Assembly: GCA_903832855.1 (NCBI GenBank)
Contig: CAILDB010000003.1
Span: forward strand, 15,398 to 79,397
Direction: 5' to 3'
DNA length: 64,000 bases
DNA from: an uncultured bacterium
Lineage (GTDB): Bacteria > Patescibacteriota > Minisyncoccia > Phycocordibacterales > GWA1-40-21
In this document: positions 53,906 through 61,577 of the stretch, one piece after another
Position numbering within the stretch: position 1 is the stretch's first letter
Layout of the letters: the number at the start of each line of letters is the position of its first letter
Notes under the pieces: generated by a model
Database searches by the model: none
The model's input: only the letters and a program-made list of their open reading frames with translations
Told to the model about the DNA's origin: nothing
Position numbers and translations under genes: made by a program

Positions 53906-55183
53906 GTGCGAAAGCACAAAGGAGAAGACGCAATGAAAACGCTAGTATTCACGCTGTTCTTGATCTGTGCAATTATTATTGTACTTGCACCATTCGTGCT
54001 AATTGTAATGTGGGCCTATAAAAAGGCAGACATTCCACTTGGGCCAGAGACAAACTGGTTCGCTAAATGCCGCCCTGGTAAGTTTATGGGCGTCCTCTTA
54101 GGAGGAGACATCTCGAAATGGTTGAGTAATGTAAATGGGTTGAGCATAAAAGGTAAGGAAGGAATGTTCACCTATAACGAGGGTGACGACCCTACCATCA
54201 AGTTGATCGAGTCTGAGAATGAGGAAGAAGGTGGCAAAATCGGTCATCTTCCAAAACGCTTCTATGAGGCTCTGAATCAACCGCCCAAAAGAACATCGCT
54301 AGCCATGTCTGGTATCCATTGGATCTGGTTTAAACCAGTTGGTGGAATTCTTAAGAAGATGTCTAGGTGGCTCGAGTGGGTGGAAGTCTTGTCGGACGAA
54401 AAGAAAGACAAGAAAGAGACAGGGAAGAGTAACCAGATACTTGCGCAAAGAGTGAAACTACGCGAGGAGTTCATTTGGGACTTCTCCATCGGAATGCAGG
54501 TGTTGATGGTTGCTCTCGATATTGAGGCTGGTAAGGCAGACCCTGTAACTACGGGGGGCAAGAAAATGATTGGGGATCTGGTGGCTGAAAAAATCGCACT
54601 AGATTTCTATGCCGTGTTCACAGTGTACATCCTTTGCCCGTACAAGGCGGTGATCATCGCTGACTGGGTCAAGGCACTGAAAGCAGAATGGGAAGCAGTT
54701 TGTACAGATTATGCAAAGGCACATTCTGTTGATCAAGCCTTCATGAAGGAGCATCTCGATACAGAAGTCATCGATAAACTCTTCCAGAGTAACCCGAAAC
54801 TCCTCCAGAAGTACGGGTTCGTGATTGGCAATATTCAGTACGAAGGTGCTGGATTTAGCGGAGATAACGAAAAATTCCGTGATGCTAGTGGTATGGCATG
54901 GATGGCTCAACAGGAAGCTGCGGCGATTAAAACCAAGGCAGATGCTTCTGCTTATGAGATATTAACCAAAGCAACTGCAACAGGAAAAGCGAACAGGCTA
55001 GAAATAGCCGGCCTTCTAAAAAACCCAGAAATGGGGAAAGCGCTATTGTGGCAACGCGCCGTCAGCGGTCACAAAGGACCTTTGTTCCTCGGAAAAGGGT
55101 CCGGAAATGGCATGCTGATACAAGACACAGCGGAGAAGGAGCCCGCTCCTGTACCCACAACAAAAGAAGGAGTTAAGAAATGA
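53906..55183 (+). CDS. Hypothetical membrane-anchored protein, possibly SPFH/band-7-like (GC-rich)
   Basis: 425 aa. N-terminal TM (LVFTLFLICAIIIVLAPFVLIVMWAY). The C-terminal Ala/Glu-rich helical region (AQQEAAAIKTKADASAYEILTKATATGKANRLEIAGLLKN) is reminiscent of SPFH C-termini. Weak assignment. Confidence 0.45.
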   Translation: MRKHKGEDAMKTLVFTLFLICAIIIVLAPFVLIVMWAYKKADIPLGPETNWFAKCRPGKFMGVLLGGDISKWLSNVNGLSIKGKEGMFTYNEGDDPTIKLIESENEEEGGKIGHLPKRFYEALNQPPKRTSLAMSGIHWIWFKPVGGILKKMSRWLEWVEVLSDEKKDKKETGKSNQILAQRVKLREEFIWDFSIGMQVLMVALDIEAGKADPVTTGGKKMIGDLVAEKIALDFYAVFTVYILCPYKAVIIADWVKALKAEWEAVCTDYAKAHSVDQAFMKEHLDTEVIDKLFQSNPKLLQKYGFVIGNIQYEGAGFSGDNEKFRDASGMAWMAQQEAAAIKTKADASAYEILTKATATGKANRLEIAGLLKNPEMGKALLWQRAVSGHKGPLFLGKGSGNGMLIQDTAEKEPAPVPTTKEGVKK

Positions 55184-56187
55184 TAGCAAACATGTGGAGT
55201 ATGATATCCCCATGGATATGGTGGGTATTTACAATCACCATTGTGGTGCTTGTGACCTATCTTTGCTGGTGGTTCCGACATGTCATACGAAAAAAGTGGC
55301 AGTGGATTGTGAAGGTTCCATGGGGTCTCTTCATAAAACCAATTGGTCACAGTGTGAAGATAAAAATAAGCGAAAAGTTTTCGCGTCTTCGCACAAAGGT
55401 GCCGGTCATGACGATCAAGCAACCCGAGAAGAAGTTCTCGTGGTGGTTGCTAATCGGTGTAGGGTTCCTTGTCCTCATCATTTGGGGACTCTGGCGCCTT
55501 GCACTTAAAGTCGTGGGTCTTGGACACACGATAGCATCAGGAGGAAATGGTGGCTGGGGTATGTTGTGGGTACTGCTGCCCATAGCCATTGCAGGATTCC
55601 TGGTTGTACAACTGGTCCGTGTGTTCAAGCCAGCCAAAAGGAAAGAAGAAAAAAAAGCCGACGAGCTGGCAGATGAACAGACCAATAGACTGAGAGGAAA
55701 AGATTCCGCCAAGTCGAAAGTCGGCTGGGTGGGAGTGATTCTCAAGGTAGTAGGTTGGTTGATTCTCGCCGGCCTTGTGGTTGATATGGTCTCATATGTG
55801 AGATCGTGTAATGATGATAAGGTCAGGGTTGAAATGGCGCAGGTACAGGAGCAAGAAAAATCAACCCTTGGTGATTGGACATACTCATGGGAGTTACCAC
55901 CCGAGGGAGGTATTGGTTCCTGCCAAATAATAGAAAAGGGCTGGTGCAAGGCCCGAGTTCAAGAAGATAACATCAACCAGTGGCTGATCGTCGCATCCGA
56001 CGAATACAAACATAAAATCCATATGGTTGGAAAAAGAAATGGAGAAAAAGGGTCTGGACACTGGACCCAAAATACAGGTGAGTATGGAGATTGGGAATTA
56101 GAGAGGGTTTCTCGAAGAAGATGGGAGGGTTGGGCAACCACCTCAGAACATCCGGGAAAAAAGTTAGACATTGCCCTCTACAAATAA
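55180..56187 (+). CDS. Hypothetical polytopic membrane protein (GC-rich; ATGA overlap with upstream gene)
   Basis: 335 aa. Four predicted TM segments, a Lys/Glu-rich loop and a ~130-aa Trp/Gly-rich soluble C-terminal domain. No known domain. Confidence 0.45.
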   Translation: MIANMWSMISPWIWWVFTITIVVLVTYLCWWFRHVIRKKWQWIVKVPWGLFIKPIGHSVKIKISEKFSRLRTKVPVMTIKQPEKKFSWWLLIGVGFLVLIIWGLWRLALKVVGLGHTIASGGNGGWGMLWVLLPIAIAGFLVVQLVRVFKPAKRKEEKKADELADEQTNRLRGKDSAKSKVGWVGVILKVVGWLILAGLVVDMVSYVRSCNDDKVRVEMAQVQEQEKSTLGDWTYSWELPPEGGIGSCQIIEKGWCKARVQEDNINQWLIVASDEYKHKIHMVGKRNGEKGSGHWTQNTGEYGDWELERVSRRRWEGWATTSEHPGKKLDIALYK

Positions 56188-56195
56188 AGCAACCG

Positions 56196-56296
56196 GGACT
56201 GCCAGACATTCGTGTCTAGGCAGTCCCTTTTTTTGTAAAAAATTTGTTTTACAAAATACAAAACAGCCCGCCTGAGGCGGGCTGTTTTGTATTTTA
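56196..56296. terminator. Two tandem intrinsic terminator hairpins (bidirectional)
   Basis: GGGACTGCCagacattcgtgtctaGGCAGTCCC followed by TTTTTTTG, then AACAGCCCGCCtgaGGCGGGCTGTT followed by TTGTATTTT. Confidence 0.55.
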
Positions 56297-56303
56297 CTTT
56301 TTC

Positions 56304-56567
56304 TTAACCCTTTATTGTCCCCAAAATAAGATTTATTATTCCCAATACAGAAAACATTATGGCCATACCTACAAGACCCCATATCATACTACTCTTGCCA
56401 TTTTTCCTACCTTCTTCACTATCCGCTTTCCAAAGAAATTGTAATACACCATAAATAAAATAAACTGTCGCTAGACCAAACAGTACCCAAAGAATAGGCT
56501 CAATAATTTGAGTATTTATATTCTTCAAAAGTTGGTCAAAACTAATTCCTACAGTAGCAAAATTCAT
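56304..56567 (-). CDS. VirB2/TrbC-type T4SS pilin-like small membrane protein, paralogue 1 (no obvious signal peptide)
   Basis: 87 aa. Two hydrophobic helices separated by the charged loop KADSEEGRKNGK. Aligns with its neighbours: IYFIYGVLQFLWKADSEEGRKNGKSSMIWGLVGMAIMFSVLG. Confidence 0.5.
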   Translation of the reverse strand: MNFATVGISFDQLLKNINTQIIEPILWVLFGLATVYFIYGVLQFLWKADSEEGRKNGKSSMIWGLVGMAIMFSVLGIINLILGTIKG

Positions 56568-56617
56568 TTTGTTTAATGTAATTTCAAATTAATGAGAAAG
56601 AAAATTTTGTACGAGAA

Positions 56618-56986
56618 TTAGTGGAGATTTGATGGTAATTCTACTTTCTGTGCTGTCCCCCCCTCAGTAGTAAAGGTATTTTGTAAAACAGTCACAAGTC
56701 CCCAAATAGAGAATATAACAGCTATTCCTACTACTGCATAAATAATATTTGTCTTTGATTTTTTCTTTGCTTCCTCATCTCCAGCAATCGTGTATTGAAT
56801 AACTTCCCAAATAAAATACAAAATAGCAACAGAGCTCAATAAAGGAATACCCCATGCGACAACACCTGAAAAAAATGTCATCCATTTTCCAAGACCTGTT
56901 GATGGTATTTGCGTTGTTACTTGTGCAAATGCCAACATAGGAGAAAGAGTAACCAAACCTAACGAAGAAACTAATAATTTTTTCAT
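56618..56986 (-). CDS. VirB2/TrbC-type T4SS pilin-like protein, paralogue 2
   Basis: 122 aa. Signal peptide MKKLLVSSLGLVTLSPMLAFA, then helix, charged loop AGDEEAKKKSK and helix: IYFIWEVIQYTIAGDEEAKKKSKTNIIYAVVGIAVIFSIWGLVTVLQNTF. Confidence 0.55.
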   Translation of the reverse strand: MKKLLVSSLGLVTLSPMLAFAQVTTQIPSTGLGKWMTFFSGVVAWGIPLLSSVAILYFIWEVIQYTIAGDEEAKKKSKTNIIYAVVGIAVIFSIWGLVTVLQNTFTTEGGTAQKVELPSNLH

Positions 56987-57088
56987 AATCTTTCTAATAA
57001 ATTAAACCTAATAAATTAATAAACGACCTTATAATTCTACCATACTATTATACCATAACAAATATAGATATCCACAACCCAATAAACC

Positions 57089-57454
57089 TTAAGGTGTCGT
57101 GAGGTTATTAAGATCTATATTTGTTGGTATTTTTGTAGTACTATTTAAATCAAAAGTTTTTTGAAGTACTGCCACCAAACCCCATATAGAAAACACTACA
57201 GCGATAGCAATAACGCCCCAAAGCATAAATTGTTTACCCTCTTCTTTTTTTGTTGAGTCCTCTGCTCGTATAAATTTTATTACCCCCCAGATAAAAACAA
57301 TGATTAGCAAACCAGTAAGTATAGGAACAACGGGTTTAATAAACTGATTAATAACGACATTTTGCATCAAGTCCTTAAATGTATTGCTGACAGCAAAAGC
57401 AAAAAAGGGTGTAAGGCCAGAAATTAAAGCTAAAGAAATAATTATTTTTTTCAT
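57089..57454 (-). CDS. VirB2/TrbC-type T4SS pilin-like protein, paralogue 3
   Basis: 121 aa. Signal peptide MKKIIISLALISGLTPFFAFA. IVFIWGVIKFIRAEDSTKKEEGKQFMLWGVIAIAVVFSIWGLVAVLQKTF is about 55% identical to paralogue 2. Confidence 0.55.
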   Translation of the reverse strand: MKKIIISLALISGLTPFFAFAVSNTFKDLMQNVVINQFIKPVVPILTGLLIIVFIWGVIKFIRAEDSTKKEEGKQFMLWGVIAIAVVFSIWGLVAVLQKTFDLNSTTKIPTNIDLNNLTTP

Positions 57455-57457
57455 ATT

Positions 57458-57844
57458 TTATGGTTTTGTTATGGCATCAACCGTGCCTTTTATAATGACT
57501 GCGAGAACTTGTGCACCCAAAAGTAATGCAATACCGACGATGGTCCACAATAGCATATCGTGTGCTTTGGATATTTTGTCTGAATTTCCCATCGCCGAAA
57601 CGTATTTAAAACCGACAAAAACAAGTGCAAGAACACAGAGAACAGCTCCAACTTTTACAATTTCAGATAATGCATCTGATATAAACTTGATTAAGTCATT
57701 AGTTTTAAGAGGATTTGATATTCCCGTAGCACTTGATGGTTGTGCATTACCTGCTGCAAAAGACAGAGAAACACAAAACAATGTTGAAAGTATTATAAAT
57801 GCCATTAAAGAAATTGCTGTTTTTTTAAAAAAATTATTTTTCAT
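57458..57844 (-). CDS. VirB2/TrbC-type T4SS pilin-like protein, paralogue 4
   Basis: 128 aa. Signal peptide and helix-loop-helix core (VLCVLALVFVGFKYVSAMGNSDKISKAHDMLLWTIVGIALLLGAQVLAVII). Confidence 0.5.
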   Translation of the reverse strand: MKNNFFKKTAISLMAFIILSTLFCVSLSFAAGNAQPSSATGISNPLKTNDLIKFISDALSEIVKVGAVLCVLALVFVGFKYVSAMGNSDKISKAHDMLLWTIVGIALLLGAQVLAVIIKGTVDAITKP

Positions 57845-57846
57845 TT

Positions 57847-58257
57847 TTATGGTTTAAAAAATCTTAAATAATCTCCATTACCTGAAGCGAAAGTATTCAT
57901 TATAGTATAAACGATAAGCCACGCTCCTGCAACTAAAAGTATACCTGTAAAAATACTTCTAAACATATGCATTGCCGCCTCTCTTTCTGCTGGCTTATCT
58001 GGATGTGCAATGATTTTTGCTCCGGACCACATCATACCTATTGCAGCAAGTGGACCCGCAATTATAAGAAACCATTTTAATATAGCATTTATCATAGTGG
58101 TCAGATCAGAAAATGAGCAGGGCTGTTCTGGTGCTGGACCACCACAGGGAACCAAATTTGCTGCAAGAACCAAAACTGGTAAAAAGAAAAGCGCTGGCAA
58201 TACCCAAATTATTATTTTTCTAATCCCGTTAGAGATCTTTTGGTTATGAATTGTCAT
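57847..58257 (-). CDS. VirB2/TrbC-type T4SS pilin-like protein, paralogue 5 (divergent)
   Basis: 136 aa. Signal anchor, then AIGMMWSGAKIIAHPDKPAEREAAMHMFRSIFTGILLVAGAWLIVYTIM, the same helix-loop-helix topology. Confidence 0.45.
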   Translation of the reverse strand: MTIHNQKISNGIRKIIIWVLPALFFLPVLVLAANLVPCGGPAPEQPCSFSDLTTMINAILKWFLIIAGPLAAIGMMWSGAKIIAHPDKPAEREAAMHMFRSIFTGILLVAGAWLIVYTIMNTFASGNGDYLRFFKP

Positions 58258-58337
58258 CTTGTTTAAATATTAACATAATTTTTTTCTAAATTCGATACTC
58301 GGATTATCTACGGAAACAATCCGATTGTTTCCTATCT

Positions 58338-59621
58338 CTAACGGGATAGCAAATTATCTATAAGTCCGCTTGCGTCTTTGACTGAGCTACCGACATCTGA
58401 TCTACCAGAGGAAATATTTTCTATCATATTTTGGAAAATTTTGGATGTTTGAGCTGAATCTGGATCAAGCCAACCCTTTGACATAAGTGCGGAAGAATAA
58501 AAGACCGATTGAATAGCGTCACTTGGCAAAGCGGACAAAAGGTCATTTCTCGTCGGAGTTAAACCAGTTACAGAAGCGAAAGTATTTTCTATACTATTTG
58601 AAGTGAAAAGATAAATCATAGAAAGTGCTTGTGCAATATTTGGAGATGTCTTCAAAACACCAAAAGAATAGATATTTCCGAAGGTTGATTTTGTTTTACT
58701 TGTATCAAGCTGGGGAAGGTTTGCAACATCAAAATTTAGATTTGGGTTTTTGGCTTTTATATCATTGTATTCGGAAGCAAAACCAAAATACATCGCCAAA
58801 TCGCCACTCAAGAAAGAATTTTTTGAAGATGGTAATGCCCTGTTCCATGAATAGACGACTTTGAGAGGATTTGAAAAATCAGTGTAAAATTTGACAGCAG
58901 GTGATGAATCAGAATTGCCGAGTGTTGATTGTGCACCATCTACGCTATTACTAACTATCGGATTTCCTGTTTGAAAAATAAGAGAGGAAATTATTTCTTT
59001 TGCATTATCTACATTTTTAAATTCACCAAAGGCAACGGCACTCCTCGTGATATTTGAATTCACATCACTCTTTGTAATTCTACTAGCAAGGTCAGGAAAT
59101 TCTGACCACTTTTTCGGTGTCTGTGCTACGCCAGCGTCTGTAAAAATGTCTTTGTTAAAATACATTACTAGAGGGTCAACGACAAATGGAATTGCATAAA
59201 TGCCATCTGATTTTAAATAAACAGAAGAACCGTCTGTAAAAGTGTCCCTAAATAATCTTTCTTGATAACTCGTGAAAGGGATAGTGAAAAGTTTGATGCC
59301 ATCTTTATAAATAAAGTCCTGTGTAACAAGGACGACATCTGGGCCAACACCATTTGCAAGGGCATTTACTAAATCGCTTTCAAAAGTATCCTTGCTTTTT
59401 GCGGTGTAAGTCATTAAAAATCCGGTAACTCCGTCTTGACTTAATTTGGAGGTGAATGCATTGAAATCAGCCGAACTTATGGTGCCCCAGACCTTCAAAT
59501 TCACAAGCGCTGCACCACTTTGCCTACTTTTGTAAGTTGCAAAAAGGACAAGTCCGAGGACAATAAAAAAACCAAACACGGCGACGACTATTAGTTGAAA
59601 ATTGTTGTTGGAATTGTTCAT
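58338..59621 (-). CDS. Membrane-anchored extracellular solute-binding protein-like (SBP family 1 / MalE-like fold?)
   Basis: 427 aa. N-terminal TM, then an alpha/beta region whose motif spacing resembles sugar-binding SBPs (GPDVVLV...AIPFVVDPLVMYFNKDIF...KKWSEF). Moderate support. Confidence 0.45.
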   Translation of the reverse strand: MNNSNNNFQLIVVAVFGFFIVLGLVLFATYKSRQSGAALVNLKVWGTISSADFNAFTSKLSQDGVTGFLMTYTAKSKDTFESDLVNALANGVGPDVVLVTQDFIYKDGIKLFTIPFTSYQERLFRDTFTDGSSVYLKSDGIYAIPFVVDPLVMYFNKDIFTDAGVAQTPKKWSEFPDLASRITKSDVNSNITRSAVAFGEFKNVDNAKEIISSLIFQTGNPIVSNSVDGAQSTLGNSDSSPAVKFYTDFSNPLKVVYSWNRALPSSKNSFLSGDLAMYFGFASEYNDIKAKNPNLNFDVANLPQLDTSKTKSTFGNIYSFGVLKTSPNIAQALSMIYLFTSNSIENTFASVTGLTPTRNDLLSALPSDAIQSVFYSSALMSKGWLDPDSAQTSKIFQNMIENISSGRSDVGSSVKDASGLIDNLLSR

Positions 59622-59670
59622 TTGTTTGATTAGGGCCGAATTTTTTGCGGCAAAAAATTCGGCCCTTTAA

Positions 59671-60198
59671 TTATTTGTTCCTAAATATTATCCCATAATG
59701 CTGTGCCCCAGCACTAATTTCCCTATCATATTCAAAACCATTTTTCTTGAAAAGTTCTTTGGCTTTTTCCGCATCAAAAACAGAACTGCTGTGAGGTCCG
59801 ATGCCACCGAATGAACTTGCCCAATCCACGAGGAGCACCCTGCCACCTTTTTTCAAAATTCTTTTCATTTCCAAACATGGGTTGTCTTTATTTTCAAATT
59901 GGAAAAAAATATTTGCAGCAATCACGGCGTCCAAAGACATTGAACGAAGCTTCGTTCCACCCACATGTTCCAAATCCGCCCAAATCACATCCACATTTCT
60001 TTTGTGTTGAGAGTTTGCAAGATTTTTAATTTTCAAAAGCAAATCCTTCTGCACATCTATTGCATAAACCTTACCGTCGGGACCCACGGCATCTGACGCA
60101 GCCAATGTATAAAAACCCGAACCCGCACCAAAATCCGCCACGAAATTCCCCGGGCCTAAACTAAATTGTTTTACATTATCTCTTGGATCAGAAAACAT
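59671..60198 (-). CDS. Class I SAM-dependent methyltransferase
   Basis: 175 aa. Motif I VADFGAGSGFYT, motif II YAIDV, post-I acidic residue. Confidence 0.8.
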   Translation of the reverse strand: MFSDPRDNVKQFSLGPGNFVADFGAGSGFYTLAASDAVGPDGKVYAIDVQKDLLLKIKNLANSQHKRNVDVIWADLEHVGGTKLRSMSLDAVIAANIFFQFENKDNPCLEMKRILKKGGRVLLVDWASSFGGIGPHSSSVFDAEKAKELFKKNGFEYDREISAGAQHYGIIFRNK

Positions 60199-60226
60199 GA
60201 TTATTTTTAATGTGTTAATTATACCA

Positions 60227-60247
60227 CCCCGTAATAGAATTTGCCAT
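60227..60247. repeat. Single PR1 arm (CCCCGTAATAGAATTTGCCAT) fused to TGGTATAAT on the methyltransferase strand
   Basis: The minus strand reads ATGGCAAATTCTATTACGGGG-TGGTATAAT-(20 nt)-ATG of the 59671..60198 gene. No partner arm was found. Confidence 0.35.
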
Positions 60248-60279
60248 CAAAAGACTTTGTTGATAACTCAAAATCTATC

Positions 60280-60579
60280 TCAAACCTGAGATACATCCAT
60301 GTCGGTAGACAAACCTTGCACCAAAAGATCCAATCTTTCTTTTGTATTTTTCAAGATAACTTCTTTTTCTTCACGAAGCTCGGCTAAATATTCCTCTTCA
60401 GTTATATTGTTATCATTAAATTTCGCATCAAGATTTGCTGTAGCTCTGACCAGCTCTTCTTTAGAATCAGAAAGAATTTGTTCTATTTCTTTTTTAAACA
60501 AAGTAAGTTCTGCCTCTTTATCTTCGATTTTTTTTACATACTCGTCTATTAAATTTTTTATTTCTTGATCAATATCCAT
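60280..60579 (-). CDS. Hypothetical coiled-coil protein
   Basis: 99 aa, Glu/Lys-rich heptads, no known domain. Confidence 0.45.
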   Translation of the reverse strand: MDIDQEIKNLIDEYVKKIEDKEAELTLFKKEIEQILSDSKEELVRATANLDAKFNDNNITEEEYLAELREEKEVILKNTKERLDLLVQGLSTDMDVSQV

Positions 60580-60583
60580 ATTT

Positions 60584-60940
60584 TTATACTTTAAATAATT
60601 GTCTAACTCCTATTTTTGCACCTTGTCCGACAAGATGAACGGCATTAGCCGCCACTCTAAATGTCTTGTGTGCAACGCCTTCTTTGCCAAAAAAAAGTTT
60701 AAATGCACCTTGAGTATAATTACCAAATTTATAATCTTTCTTATACAAAGTTTTCATAGCATTAAGAAATAAAGCTGTGGGAGTTTTTAATACAATACCC
60801 ACTCCAGCATCAAGTGTATTATTTCCAAGATCGCCCAAAATATTCATAAATTCGGCATTCTCCCTTGCTATCTCAGCCTGAAAAGCAGGACTATGATCTC
60901 TTGCCTCTCTTGCCGCCATCATTGTATCTAAAATACTCAT
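60584..60940 (-). CDS. Hypothetical protein
   Basis: 118 aa, no known domain. Co-directional with and adjacent to 60280..60579. Confidence 0.45.
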   Translation of the reverse strand: MSILDTMMAAREARDHSPAFQAEIARENAEFMNILGDLGNNTLDAGVGIVLKTPTALFLNAMKTLYKKDYKFGNYTQGAFKLFFGKEGVAHKTFRVAANAVHLVGQGAKIGVRQLFKV

Positions 60941-61043
60941 ATGTTTATGATATCATACAATTAATTGTATGCATATGCTTTTATTTTAACATAAATATGG
61001 ATTATGGAAATGATTTCGAATATTTCATGATATAATTATAACC

Positions 61044-61544
61044 ATGGAAAATAAATTGATAAAAATATCTGCTTTAATATTTATCGTGCTGATTGCCGTT
61101 TGGGGTATTTATTTTTATTTTAATAAAAATTTACCAATTTCAATCGGAGATAAACTTGGTGGTATGAAAATAGTAAAAATTGAACCATATTCAAAAGAAA
61201 GTGAGATACCATTTGGGCCAAATAATATAAAAGTACTTTTAAAAGGACCGATTACTGTAAGCGGTGAATATGATCCTGCTGAGCCGTCGCCAGATATTCC
61301 ATGGTGGGAAAATTGTGTCGGTATCTTTAAACTTGATAAGGCGTCTGTTTCTCTTTTACCACAATTACCCTGGTTTAAAAGTGAAGGTTTAAATGGAGTC
61401 TGTTTTAATAATCAAGATTTTGCAAAAAGTATATTAGGTGAAAAGAAGAAAATGGTTACCATAAAAATCGATAATTATGAATTAAATGACTACCCGTCTA
61501 ATGTACAAAATGTAGTGGATTTTGTAGAGGTTGCAAACGAGTAG
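61044..61544 (+). CDS. Hypothetical membrane-anchored protein
   Basis: 166 aa, N-terminal TM (ISALIFIVLIAVWGIYFYF), no known domain. Confidence 0.45.
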   Translation: MENKLIKISALIFIVLIAVWGIYFYFNKNLPISIGDKLGGMKIVKIEPYSKESEIPFGPNNIKVLLKGPITVSGEYDPAEPSPDIPWWENCVGIFKLDKASVSLLPQLPWFKSEGLNGVCFNNQDFAKSILGEKKKMVTIKIDNYELNDYPSNVQNVVDFVEVANE

Positions 61545-61577
61545 GTTGCGGGAAAGAAAATTTTTGCAAAAGAAAAC

